Shown here: piece by piece, positions 31,667 to 42,149 of the stretch | How the letters are laid out: the number at the start of each line of letters is the position of its first letter | Numbering within the stretch: position 1 is the stretch's first letter | NCBI GenBank assembly: GCA_965208615.1 | Contig: CBDBPB010000006.1 | Span: forward strand, 32,001-96,000 | Length of the DNA: 64,000 nucleotides | Direction: 5' to 3' | Source: Spirochaetota bacterium | GTDB lineage: Bacteria > Spirochaetota > UBA6919 > CBDBPB01 | The notes under the pieces: generated by a model | The model's input: only the letters and a program-made list of their open reading frames with translations | What the model was told of the DNA's origin: nothing | The model's database searches: none | Position numbers and translations under genes: made by a program

Positions 31667-32563
31667 TTGAAAGGCTATACAGTTAAGAGTTCATTTTCTA
31701 TTAAAGGTAATGGGATTCATACTAATGATATTTCTGTTATAACGTTTTACCCTCATTATGATGGTATTGCTTTTAGGGTTAAAGACGTTATTATACCAGC
31801 CAATATTGATTTTGTTTTTAGCACTAAATATGAGTTATCCCTTTGTTTTGGGGATTATACTGTACGTAGTGTTGAGCATATTTTATCTGCTTTATATGGT
31901 GTTGGTATAACTAGTTGTGTTATTGAGTTAGATGGTTTAGAGCTACCCATATTGGATGGCAGTTCTGATATAATAACTAAGGCTATAATTAGTTCTGGCT
32001 TTATAGAGCTGGATAAAGATATTAATTATAGGTCTATATCTTATCCTTTTGGTATTATGGATGACTTTAGATATATTTATGCTAAGCCTTGTGATGGGCT
32101 TATTATAAATTATATTATTAGTTATAGTCATCCTATGTTAGAGAGGCAGTATTATAGGTTTAGATATTCGAGGGATAATTATATTAATGAGCTCTCTATG
32201 GCAAGGACTTTTGGATTTATTAATCACTGGGATAGCTTAAAAGAACAAGGTTTGGCATTGGGAGCGAGTCGTGATAATGTAATAATATTTACTGAGGATG
32301 GCATTTTAAACCCACCGCTTAGGTATTTGGATGAGTGTGTTAGGCATAAGGTATTGGATTTTATTAGTGCCTTATCTCTTTTGAGTTATAGGATAAACGG
32401 GGAGTTTTATATATATAGGTCTGGTCATACTATGGATATTAGGTTTATGAGATTATTAAGTTCTATACTTGATAATGGCTTATCAAGGGCTGGTATAGAC
32501 AGTGTAAAAGAGCGATCAAGGGTTATATCTGAGTTTGTTAGTAAGGACTTTGATATTTGTTAA
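31667..32563 (+). CDS. lpxC: UDP-3-O-acyl-N-acetylglucosamine deacetylase
   Basis: GIH, VEHILSAL, ELPILDGS, ARTFGF, RHKVLD, SGH. Confidence 0.9.
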   Translation: MKGYTVKSSFSIKGNGIHTNDISVITFYPHYDGIAFRVKDVIIPANIDFVFSTKYELSLCFGDYTVRSVEHILSALYGVGITSCVIELDGLELPILDGSSDIITKAIISSGFIELDKDINYRSISYPFGIMDDFRYIYAKPCDGLIINYIISYSHPMLERQYYRFRYSRDNYINELSMARTFGFINHWDSLKEQGLALGASRDNVIIFTEDGILNPPLRYLDECVRHKVLDFISALSLLSYRINGEFYIYRSGHTMDIRFMRLLSSILDNGLSRAGIDSVKERSRVISEFVSKDFDIC

Positions 32564-33383
32564 TTATATTTTGATAATAGTTAGTTTTTTTTATATTACC
32601 CCGCTTATGGTATCCATTTATAAGTATCTTTGATTTTTCTAATATTGTTTTAATAGTTTCGTTTCGGTTTTTGGGATTAAGGTTAGTATTATTTATCATT
32701 TTCAACATAGACTTTACTCTATAGCTATCCATGGCTATATATTTTTTAGATAGTTGATCACTATGCCCGCCGTATTTTGTTATAAGGGGTTTATCTATAA
32801 AGTGGATGGGGTATTTTGCTGATAATCTAAGCCAATAGTCATAGTCCTCACAGGCGGGTAAGGATTCATCAAATAAGCCTATATCGTTTATGACTTCTCT
32901 TTTCATGATTATGGAAGAGGGGCTAATAATACATAGTTTAAGGCAGTTTATATAAATATTACCTGAATATTTAGCATGTTTTTTCTTTTGATTAACTTTT
33001 ATACCGTTTCTAATCCATATTTCATTGGTATAGCAAATATTATATTCAGATTGGTTTAGGAGAAAGTTCATTTGCAATTCAAGTTTATTTTTATGCCAAA
33101 GGTCATCTGAGTCTAAGAATGCGATAAACTCACCATTGGCATTTTGTATACCAATATTCCTTGCACTACTAACTCCTTTATTGGGCTGATAAATATATCT
33201 GACATTATTCTTTTTTAAGAGGCTGTATGTTTTATTAAAAGTGTTATCGTTAGAGCCGTCATCGATTATTATTATCTCAATGGGGTTATAGCTTTGTTTT
33301 AGAACACTATTAAGGGCATTTATTATTACAGAGCTTCTGTTAAAGGTTGGTATAATAGCGGTTATAAGGGGATTACTTTTCAT
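32538..33383 (-). CDS. Glycosyltransferase family 2
   Basis: IIPTFNR, IDDGS, FLDSDD, CEDYDYWLR. Confidence 0.92.
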   Translation of the reverse strand: MKSNPLITAIIPTFNRSSVIINALNSVLKQSYNPIEIIIIDDGSNDNTFNKTYSLLKKNNVRYIYQPNKGVSSARNIGIQNANGEFIAFLDSDDLWHKNKLELQMNFLLNQSEYNICYTNEIWIRNGIKVNQKKKHAKYSGNIYINCLKLCIISPSSIIMKREVINDIGLFDESLPACEDYDYWLRLSAKYPIHFIDKPLITKYGGHSDQLSKKYIAMDSYRVKSMLKMINNTNLNPKNRNETIKTILEKSKILINGYHKRGNIKKTNYYQNIINKYQSPY

Positions 33384-33540
33384 TTTTTATATATTTAATA
33401 TTTTAAGTTATATATTGTGTTAACCCTTTATATTTTAAGCTTTAAAGGATATATTATAGTAATATTATAACATTTTGTCAAACGGGGATAAGCTTTTAAT
33501 AAATGTTTTATCTGATAGTACTATTAAGTTGTGTGGTACA

Positions 33541-33583
33541 TGTATTTTAGTGTATACATATTTGTACAGTTAAATATAGTAAA
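33541..33583. repeat. Degenerate dispersed intergenic repeat, partial copy C
   Basis: Near-identical to 56046-56092, including exact TTGTACAGTTAAATATAGTAAA (22 nt). Confidence 0.75.
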
Positions 33584-33598
33584 TTGTTTGAGGGTTTT

Positions 33599-34933
33599 AT
33601 GAAAATTAGTTTATCTGGTATTCGCGGTATAGTGGGGCAAGACTTAACTCCAGAGTTCATTTTAAACTATGCTATGGCTTTTGCTAGTACTATTAAGTCA
33701 AAGGGTTTAGTAGGCATTGCTATGGATGGACGTAAGAGTGGTGATATGTTAAAATATGCTATAATAGCGGGATTAGTTAGTTGTGGTGTAGATGTTCTTG
33801 ATCTTGGTATTTCTACAACCCCGACTTTGTTATTTAGCATAAGAAATAAGAATCTTGATGGAGGGGTTATGATAACTGCCAGCCATAATCCAGAGGAGTA
33901 TAACGGTATTAAATGGGCTAGCAAAGAAGGCAGATTTTTAAATTCTAAAGAGTGGAGTGATGTTAATAAGATTTATAATAAAAAGAATTATAGGCTTAAG
34001 GATTTTAATCATACTGGAGAAGTAGTTCCATACTTTAATGCCAATGATGATCATATAAATAATGTACTTAAACTCGTTGATGTGGATAAAATACGCTCTA
34101 AAAGCTTTAGGGTTGCCTATGATCCTGTTAATAGCTCTGGTTCTTTAATAACTCTACAGTTATTAAAGTTATTGGGTTGTGAACTATATTCAATTAATGG
34201 CAATACCAAAAATAGATTTGCAAGGAATCCTGAACCTACTCCTGATAATATAAAAGGGTTAGAGGAGTTAGTTTTAAAAGAGTCATGCGATATAGGTTTT
34301 GCTTTAGACCCTGATGGAGACAGGCTTTCTATTGTATCGGATAAGGCTATTGCTATTGGTGAGGAGTATACTTTATTACTTGTTGCTGATCAATATCTTA
34401 AGGCTAATAAATCGGATATAGTTGTTAATATTTCTACATCCAGAATGGTGGATGATCTATCTGCAAAGTATGGCGTTAATGTTATTAGAACAAAGGTTGG
34501 TGAGATAAACGTTATAGATAAGATGCTTAAGCATAACTATAGTATAGGTGGAGAGGGTAATGGGGGAGTTATTATACCAGAGATTAATTTATGTCGGGAT
34601 AGTTTAGTTGCTATGGTTATGGTACTTAGTTCTATGGTTCATAATAACTCTAATGTGAGTGAGCTAATCAAAAGGTTTAATAAATATTATTTTATAAAGG
34701 ATAAAATTGAGGTTGATATAGATTTTGCATTACTCTACAAAAAGCTTGAGCAAATATATTCTCGTTCTAGTATTTTTATATTGGATGGTATTAAGGTTGA
34801 GCAAGAGGATTATTGGATACAAATTAGGGAGTCTAATACTGAGCCTATTATTAGGGTGTTTGTTGAGGCTAAGTCTAAAGGGCTTGCAAGAGAGCAAATT
34901 GATAAGATTAAAAACTTATGTAAGGGCTTCTAG
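33599..34933 (+). CDS. Alpha-D-phosphohexomutase (GlmM/phosphomannomutase family)
   Basis: SGIRG, TASHNP phosphoserine loop, DPDGDR metal loop, GGEGNGG, RESNTEP. Confidence 0.92.
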   Translation: MKISLSGIRGIVGQDLTPEFILNYAMAFASTIKSKGLVGIAMDGRKSGDMLKYAIIAGLVSCGVDVLDLGISTTPTLLFSIRNKNLDGGVMITASHNPEEYNGIKWASKEGRFLNSKEWSDVNKIYNKKNYRLKDFNHTGEVVPYFNANDDHINNVLKLVDVDKIRSKSFRVAYDPVNSSGSLITLQLLKLLGCELYSINGNTKNRFARNPEPTPDNIKGLEELVLKESCDIGFALDPDGDRLSIVSDKAIAIGEEYTLLLVADQYLKANKSDIVVNISTSRMVDDLSAKYGVNVIRTKVGEINVIDKMLKHNYSIGGEGNGGVIIPEINLCRDSLVAMVMVLSSMVHNNSNVSELIKRFNKYYFIKDKIEVDIDFALLYKKLEQIYSRSSIFILDGIKVEQEDYWIQIRESNTEPIIRVFVEAKSKGLAREQIDKIKNLCKGF

Positions 34934-35017
34934 CCTCTTTTGTAATACTAAATATATTTTAGATATTACCTATCAATAAAGTTAATAATAAATTAGTAAT
35001 AATTAGAGGATAATAAA

Positions 35018-36690
35018 ATGATGAAAAAAGCAATTAAACTTTTTGACGATAATATGCAAAAACTAAGTGTCAAGATTAATTCTATTCCACATATAGAATC
35101 CATAAAAGCTAACATTGACCCTTTTATCATTCCATTTTTATATAGTATGTTTATTTATATTTTTATTGTTACTGCTTGGTATGGTGATGATTCTTATATT
35201 ACATTTAGAACTATAGATAACTTTGTAAATGGATATGGTTTAACTTGGAATATCTCAGAGAGGGTTCAAGTATATACTCACCCATTATGGATGTTTTTAG
35301 TGAGTTTCTTTTATTTTTTTACTCATGAGGTATATTTAACTGTTATTTTTATTTCATTTATTTTATGTTTATTGGTAATTTATACTATCCATAAAAGGTT
35401 TAGTACGTATAATTCAAAAATAAAGAAATTAGATTTAGTTTTTTTCTTTTGTTTAATTTTGAGTTCAAAGGCTTTTATGGATTATACTGCTTCTGGGTTA
35501 GAGAATCCTCTTTCATTTTTATTGGTTACACTTTTTTATACTAAGCTGCTTTGGTCTAAAAAGAGTTTTTCTCAATTTTCATCTAAGGACATATTAGTTT
35601 TTTTTCTTTATTTCTTCTTTAGCCTTTGTAAATAGAATGGATACAATATTATTGTTTATTCCGGCTTTATTATTACTATTTTATTTTAACTTTAGAAAGA
35701 TTGGGTGGAAGTGGGTTATATTTATTTTTTTAGGATTTTTTACCTAGTATTTTATGGATAGCTTTTTCTATTATATATTATGGTTTTCCTTTTCCTAATA
35801 CAGCTTATTCTAAGCTCAATAATACTTATGGTTTAATAGCTTCTTTTATTCAAGGGTTATACTATTTCAAGTTTACTTTAAAATATGATATTTTTTCACT
35901 TTTAATAATTTTTATACCGTTTTTCTATTATAGGCATATAAAAAAAGAAAAAGATTATAAGAGTTTTGCCCTGATTGCTTCTATTTTGTTGTATTGTCTA
36001 TATATATTAAAAATAGGGGGAGATTTTATGGGAGGCAGGTTTTTTACAATACCTTTTTTATTAAGTTCTATATTTCTATTAGCTAACTCCACAGAAAAGC
36101 AAAAGAAAATCTTAATTCTATTTGCAATTATTAGTTCTCTAATATTAATTTTACTTTTTAAAGTAAATATTTATAAAAAACATATACTATTTACAGAGAA
36201 TCATGGGGTAACAGACGAAAAGTATCATTATTTTTTTGCCACAGGTTTAGTTAATCAACTTAATAAATTCTATCCTGGTTTTTTTTGGTATAAAGATGGC
36301 TTGAAACTAAGAGAAGAAGTAATAAATAAAAAAACAAAAAAAGTAATACTTTTTAATAACATAGGTTTTATAGGCTTTACCTCTGGTCCTAAAGTTCATA
36401 TTATTGATAAGTTTTCTTTACCAGATCCATTACTTTCTAAATTACCTGGTTCAGGAAGGATTGGACATCTTGAGCGTCAAATCCCAGATGGGTATGTTGA
36501 GTCAGTCGTTAAAGACGATAATTTAATTGTTGATCCTAATTTAAAACAGTATTATGATAAGATAAAGATAATAACTCAAGGTCCTATTTGGAGTAAAGCC
36601 AGGTTTGAAACTATTTATAAAATGAATATGGGCTATTATGATTTTTTAATTGATAATTACCTAAATAATGAGCTTCATACTAAAAAATAG
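35018..36690 (+). CDS. GT-C-type membrane glycosyltransferase (AftB-like, ~556 aa), split by two apparent indels
   Basis: GDDSYITFR, ERVQVYTHPLW, SGLENPL, YYGFPFPNTAYSK, GGDFMGGRF and RIGH motifs spread over three frames. Shifts at T8 35598-35605 and T6 35736-35741. Confidence 0.75.
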
Positions 36691-36890
36691 AAGTATATTT
36701 AACATATTTTAGATACAGTATAAAATAGTAATCATTTTTTTACATAATATTTAGGCTTTTTGTTCTACAAGGCAATATAGAAAACATTTATTTTGACGTT
36801 AGATGTTAAAAGGTGGGGATAAACTAAATATAATAATTTTCAATTAAAACAATAAATAACAATTTAGAACAAAAAATAACGGTATAACTA

Positions 36891-37487
36891 ATGGAACTTA
36901 TAATTGCATCTACTAACAAAGGTAAGATTAAAGAAATAGGGGAAATACTAAAAGGTTTGCCCATATCATTATCTTCATTGATTGACTATAACGACATTCC
37001 TGATATTATTGAGGATGGCAGTACTTTTTTGGAGAACGCTATGATCAAGGCTAAAACCGTATATGATTTATTTAAAAAGCCTGTATTAGCCGATGACTCT
37101 GGATTAGTTATACCTGCATTAAATGGTGAACCTGGTGTTAGATCTGCACGTTATGGATCGGATGATGGAGAAAAACCTAAACCTGATATTTTAATAAAGC
37201 GGGTACTAAAAAATATGACTGGTATATCTAAAAGAAAGGCATATTTTAAGGCAGTTATTGTATTATTTTTGGGTTATGATAATCATATTGCAGTAGAGGG
37301 TGAGTGTTATGGAGAGATTGCTGATAAACCTATGGGCAATAGGGGATTTGGTTATGATCCTATATTTTATTTATCTCAGTATAATAAGACTATGGCTCAG
37401 ATAGAGCCTGAACAAAAAAATGCTATTAGTCATAGGGGTATAGCCTTAGTTAAACTGAGGGACAGCTTGTCATCTCTATTTAATTAG
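36891..37487 (+). CDS. rdgB: XTP/dITP diphosphatase (HAM1 family)
   Basis: ASTNKGK, ENAMIKA, ADDSGL, PGVRSARY, GFGYDPIF, KNAISHRG. Confidence 0.95.
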   Translation: MELIIASTNKGKIKEIGEILKGLPISLSSLIDYNDIPDIIEDGSTFLENAMIKAKTVYDLFKKPVLADDSGLVIPALNGEPGVRSARYGSDDGEKPKPDILIKRVLKNMTGISKRKAYFKAVIVLFLGYDNHIAVEGECYGEIADKPMGNRGFGYDPIFYLSQYNKTMAQIEPEQKNAISHRGIALVKLRDSLSSLFN

Positions 37488-37583
37488 GCTTGCCATATTA
37501 AAAATTGCTATAAAAATGTTGACTTACTATTAGCTTATAAATATATTTCTGTGGTATAATTAGTCAATAAATGGTATTTTTAA

Positions 37584-38588
37584 ATGAAAAAGTTTATATG
37601 TATACTTATTTTGTTAATTATTTTATGCGGTGGTATAACTGGGGCATATTTAAGCTATGTGTTGGTTGAGCCTTGGGATATCGTATTTATAAAAACTAAG
37701 TTTCGTTCGTATAAGCAATATAATGAGGGAAAATATTTTTTTCCAGAAAGACTTATGTTTTGGGAGCCAAAGGCATTTGTAATTTTTAAGGTATATACTA
37801 ACTCTATTACTACAACAAATAATATTACAATTAATTTACCTCCTATAAGTCTTATTAATAGTATACAAAAAAAGCTTGGGCTTAAAAAAGATAGTCTTAA
37901 AATTAAGTATTTTATTAGTCTAACGTATAAGCTATCAATTGATTATCAAGGAAGACGAATATTAAAGGACTACTCTAGTATTGCTGAATTTAGGAGTTAC
38001 TTTAAAGAGTGGCTTAGCAAAAAGAGTAAGAACTTGGCTAATCAATACCTACTATTACACCTAGATAAAAATAATACCATTGAAATTAAGGATATTTTAA
38101 AAGAACTTGATAATTTACTTATTAAAGAAATAGAAAATAAATATTCTAGTAAGGATATTATAATATCTAAGGATAAGGCTATACATTATCTTAGCCAGTC
38201 CACTGATCTGAACCACTATTTTAGTCTTTATAGGCAGGCAAAGACTTTTGAAAAAGACTTTTTAGTTCAGCAATTAGACCATATTAAGTCTAAGGAAAAA
38301 GAGATAGCCTTAGTAGACATAGAAAAACAGACAGAAAAACAAAAAAGTAAAATAGAAGTCGAACAACTTAAACTCTATGGAGAGCTTTTTAAGAAGTATC
38401 CACAACTTCTAAACTATTTATATTTAAAAAAGCTTTCTGATAATGTTAAAATTATAGTTGTACCAAAAGACTCTAAAAATATATTTTCACCTTTTGTTTT
38501 ATCGAATAGTGCTAAAAAGACTTTTAACAAAAAGAATAGTAGTATAAAGACGAATAGTACTATAAAAGAAAAGATTAATAAACCATAA
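37584..38588 (+). CDS. Membrane-anchored hypothetical protein, possibly a remote SPFH/band-7 relative
   Basis: N-terminal TM helix, coiled coil, C-terminal YPQLLNYLYLKKLSDNVKIIVVP resembling SPFH tails. Confidence 0.45.
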   Translation: MKKFICILILLIILCGGITGAYLSYVLVEPWDIVFIKTKFRSYKQYNEGKYFFPERLMFWEPKAFVIFKVYTNSITTTNNITINLPPISLINSIQKKLGLKKDSLKIKYFISLTYKLSIDYQGRRILKDYSSIAEFRSYFKEWLSKKSKNLANQYLLLHLDKNNTIEIKDILKELDNLLIKEIENKYSSKDIIISKDKAIHYLSQSTDLNHYFSLYRQAKTFEKDFLVQQLDHIKSKEKEIALVDIEKQTEKQKSKIEVEQLKLYGELFKKYPQLLNYLYLKKLSDNVKIIVVPKDSKNIFSPFVLSNSAKKTFNKKNSSIKTNSTIKEKINKP

Positions 38589-38667
38589 TCAAAGTAATTA
38601 GCTTTATAATAGTTATAAATTTGTACTATTCAAGTTTTTATTTAAAATATACATTGGATTATTTATC

Positions 38668-39603
38668 GTGAAATCATTAGGTTATATATTAATAGTAACT
38701 GTTTTTATTTTTTTATCCTGTAGTAAAGAGGCTGACAGCAAAAAAGAAGATTTAAAAACTAAAGCTACTCAAGAAGTTGTATACTATAGTTTAGAAAATA
38801 GTATTAAAAAATCAGATAATGTTTATCATCTTGATCTAAGAGGGAACAGTTTAAAAACTCTTTCTAGTAAGATAAAATATTTTGTTAAGTTAAGATCTTT
38901 AAAGTTAGGCTCAAACTATATAAGCGAACTGCCTGATGAAATTAGCTCTTTGAAAAACTTAGAATCCCTTTATTTAAACGAAAACAAGCTTATTAAACTA
39001 CCTGGGGGTATTGATCAGCTAAAAAACCTAACTACCTTAGACTTAAAGGATAACCAACTAACTGAACTACCTAAGGGACTGTTTAAGCTAAATAAACTAA
39101 CCCAGCTTAATCTGGATTTTAATAAGCTAAAAAGTTTATCTGAGGATATAAAGCAGTTAAAAAATCTAAAGTTAATTGATTTAAGCAGAAATAGTTTAAA
39201 AAGTATCCCTTTTTCTTTGACTAGCCTACCTAAATTAGAAGTTCTTTATTTAAATGGTAATGAGCTTAGTAGATTGCCAAAAATTAATAGTGAAGTTAGG
39301 TCTTTAATAAGTTTGGACTTAAGTCAAAATAGTTTTATTGAATTTAATGAAGAGCTAAGCAAATTAATAAATCTTGAAGATTTAAATTTACAGGGTAACC
39401 AAATAACTAAGCTACCTATAGACTTTGGTAAACTTGTAAAGCTTAAAAAACTAGTCTTAACTGATAATAATCTTAAAGAATTGCCTAATAGTATTAGTAA
39501 GTTAGAAAGACTGCAATATTTATTTATAAAAAAGAATCCTATTAGTAAGGCTAATATTAAAAAGATAAAAGATCTATTACCAAATTGTATAATAGATTAT
39601 TAA
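38668..39603 (+). CDS. Leucine-rich repeat lipoprotein
   Basis: Lipobox FLSC and about 11 23-aa repeats of LxxLxLxxNxLxxLPxxIxxLxx. Confidence 0.92.
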   Translation: MKSLGYILIVTVFIFLSCSKEADSKKEDLKTKATQEVVYYSLENSIKKSDNVYHLDLRGNSLKTLSSKIKYFVKLRSLKLGSNYISELPDEISSLKNLESLYLNENKLIKLPGGIDQLKNLTTLDLKDNQLTELPKGLFKLNKLTQLNLDFNKLKSLSEDIKQLKNLKLIDLSRNSLKSIPFSLTSLPKLEVLYLNGNELSRLPKINSEVRSLISLDLSQNSFIEFNEELSKLINLEDLNLQGNQITKLPIDFGKLVKLKKLVLTDNNLKELPNSISKLERLQYLFIKKNPISKANIKKIKDLLPNCIIDY

Positions 39604-39607
39604 TAAT

Positions 39608-42067
39608 CTATTTCTTAGTAAAGACAGATACACCATCCCATGATTTTTCTGGTGGAGTGGCCATATAATACATAGATCTTTCTAAGAATATTTTAGAGGG
39701 TTCGTCATAAGGTTTTATTTTTAAACAGTTAGCAAAAATATTAATTGCCTCTTTGAAGTCGCGATTAAAATATTTGTCTAATCCTCTTTCAAACTTATAT
39801 ATAAAGTTACTTTCTATAATTGATATACCCTTTTTTGTATCCACAACCTCATATATACTACTGGGTTCAGTTTTTCCTTTTACTGTAACCATATCAAGTT
39901 TTCTTAATTTTATTTTATCCTTAACTAGTTGTTGTGTAGCTTCACCGCAAATAATATTAGTATTATAATATTTATTTAGGCCTTCTAGTCGGCTGGCTAG
40001 GTTAACGGTATCACCAATTACTGTATAATTAAATCTGGCTTTAGAACCCATATTTCCAACAATAACCTTTCCAGTATTAATGCCAATTCGAGCATTATAT
40101 GAAGGCATATTTTTAGACTCCCATTTTTTTTGTAATCCAATTAATCTTTTTTGATTTTCAATAGCAGACTTACACGCTAAAAAGGCATGCTCTTCACAAT
40201 CTTTAGGAGCCCCCCAAAAAGCCATAATAGCATCACCAATATATTTATCTATAGTTCCTGAGTTATCGGATATAATAGTACTCATTTCGTCTAAATATTC
40301 AGAGAGAGAGAAAACTAACTCTTGGGGATTAAGTTTTTCTGAAATACTTGTAAAGTTAGCTATATCAGAAAAGAATATGCTTATAGATTTACTTTCTCCT
40401 TCTAACTTAGCCTCTTGACCAGACTGTATAAGATATCTCACAAGTTCTGAGGGTACATATTTTTCAAAAGACCTTAAGCCAATTTCCATATTGTAGAAAG
40501 AGCTACTCATTTGATCTATCTCAGAAAGGGCTGTTTTGATTTTAATAGGGTTAGTTAAGTCAAACTGTCTAACTTTTTTAGTTTCTTTAACTAAATCGTT
40601 AAGAGGCTTTGATACCTTAGATGCCATAATAATAATAGCAATAATAGATATAAGTAGTATAAATATAGAAACTCCAAGGTTAATAAAGGTATTATTTTTA
40701 ACAACAGACATAAAATCATCTTCTGGTACAACAATTCCTACCATCCAGTTCCAATAGGAGCCTTTTGGGAACGGGGATAAAATAAAAAGATATCTAGTAT
40801 CATTATGATCAAAAGTATAACGTTTTGTATTTTTGAGCTTATATTGTCCTTTATTTGCTTTAATATTTGCTTGTTGAAAGGCTACTTTATATAATTTCAC
40901 TTTACTTTCTTGAATAGGTGTAAGTTTAAACTTGTATCCAGTAATTCTTTGCGGATTATTAGGATCATCTCTTTTAGCAATTTGTTTTACTAATGATTTT
41001 AATTCTTGTTTAATTACTTTTTCTTTTTCTTGTGGATCTTTAATCTTTGAATTTTCTGGAGCATAAGCAAGGATTTCGGCTTTATCTGTTAGGATAAATA
41101 CCTTACCCGACTTTCCTATTATAAGGTTGGCAAGATATTCAGTAGATATTTCTGTTAGACTAAGGTCTACTCCATATACTCCCTCGATCTGATTTTTTTT
41201 ATTAGGTATTACTATAGAGCAAGTAATACCAGGAGTTTGGTCAGAATAGAAAACATAAGCATCTGTCCAGTGTATATCAACAGGATTATTAGTTTTATTA
41301 GCAATTTTAAATTGTTTTTCTGCACCCTTATACCACGGTCTTTGTTTTGGATTATATGCTTCACTAGATAGCTCAATAGTATTAGTAAAGTTGATAGTTT
41401 CTTCTATTACAGAATAAAATTTAATGTTAGTATGGTTCCATACTATTACTGCAATATGCTTTAGTTTTTTTTTGTCTATTTTATCATTTATACCTTTTAC
41501 TTTTAGTTGTTGTTCAGGGGTAAATCTTAAGACATACTTCATAGAAATTGATTTATCCCTCATTCTTTTTACCATAAAGAAGTCTTCATCTTTATCGCCA
41601 TAGTGGAACATACTTATATGCTTATAGGCACTAAGGAGGCTAAATGAATAATCGACTAGCTGTTTTCTCTTTAACAGTTTAGGGAAGAGTAATGCTTTAA
41701 GTTTTTTTTTTGTTAGTGAATATTTTTTTAATGTTTCATTATCATAGTATTTTATGATTTTATTAAGATCTTTTAGAGTTTTTTTATAGGGTAGACTATT
41801 TATAGAGGGATTATAATCACTAATATTTTGTAATATTTTATTATTTGTTAGTTCGAATCCAATGAACCCTCCTTTATCTGCAGATTTTAAATAGTTAATT
41901 GTATTATTTATTACTGCACTTGAGGTAGATTGAATAAGGTTATTTAGTACGTTATTTACAGAGTCTTTACCCATAAAATATGATATGGATATTACAATAC
42001 TAAAGCTTATTATGATAAGTCCTGCTACTGATACTAAAAAGGCAGTTCTAACCTTAACTTTCATCAA
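39608..42067 (-). CDS. Membrane class III adenylate cyclase (dCache-HAMP-CYC)
   Basis: TM, Cache motifs (YNPKQRPWY, WTDAYVF, GVYGVDL), TM, HAMP, then FFSDIANFT, DKYIGDAIMAFW, YTVIGDTVNLASRLE. Confidence 0.92.
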   Translation of the reverse strand: MMKVKVRTAFLVSVAGLIIISFSIVISISYFMGKDSVNNVLNNLIQSTSSAVINNTINYLKSADKGGFIGFELTNNKILQNISDYNPSINSLPYKKTLKDLNKIIKYYDNETLKKYSLTKKKLKALLFPKLLKRKQLVDYSFSLLSAYKHISMFHYGDKDEDFFMVKRMRDKSISMKYVLRFTPEQQLKVKGINDKIDKKKLKHIAVIVWNHTNIKFYSVIEETINFTNTIELSSEAYNPKQRPWYKGAEKQFKIANKTNNPVDIHWTDAYVFYSDQTPGITCSIVIPNKKNQIEGVYGVDLSLTEISTEYLANLIIGKSGKVFILTDKAEILAYAPENSKIKDPQEKEKVIKQELKSLVKQIAKRDDPNNPQRITGYKFKLTPIQESKVKLYKVAFQQANIKANKGQYKLKNTKRYTFDHNDTRYLFILSPFPKGSYWNWMVGIVVPEDDFMSVVKNNTFINLGVSIFILLISIIAIIIMASKVSKPLNDLVKETKKVRQFDLTNPIKIKTALSEIDQMSSSFYNMEIGLRSFEKYVPSELVRYLIQSGQEAKLEGESKSISIFFSDIANFTSISEKLNPQELVFSLSEYLDEMSTIISDNSGTIDKYIGDAIMAFWGAPKDCEEHAFLACKSAIENQKRLIGLQKKWESKNMPSYNARIGINTGKVIVGNMGSKARFNYTVIGDTVNLASRLEGLNKYYNTNIICGEATQQLVKDKIKLRKLDMVTVKGKTEPSSIYEVVDTKKGISIIESNFIYKFERGLDKYFNRDFKEAINIFANCLKIKPYDEPSKIFLERSMYYMATPPEKSWDGVSVFTKK

Positions 42068-42149
42068 TATCTCCCAATTTTAATGTAGTCACTGTTTAGA
42101 CTATTAGTAAGCTTAAGGATTTTCATCTAATTTTATTTTTATCTTTCAT

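Noticed and set aside
38820-39540. 69-nt periodicity resembling a repeat array
   Set aside because: Explained by LRR protein repeats. No identical DNA repeats with spacers, and no cas genes in the window.
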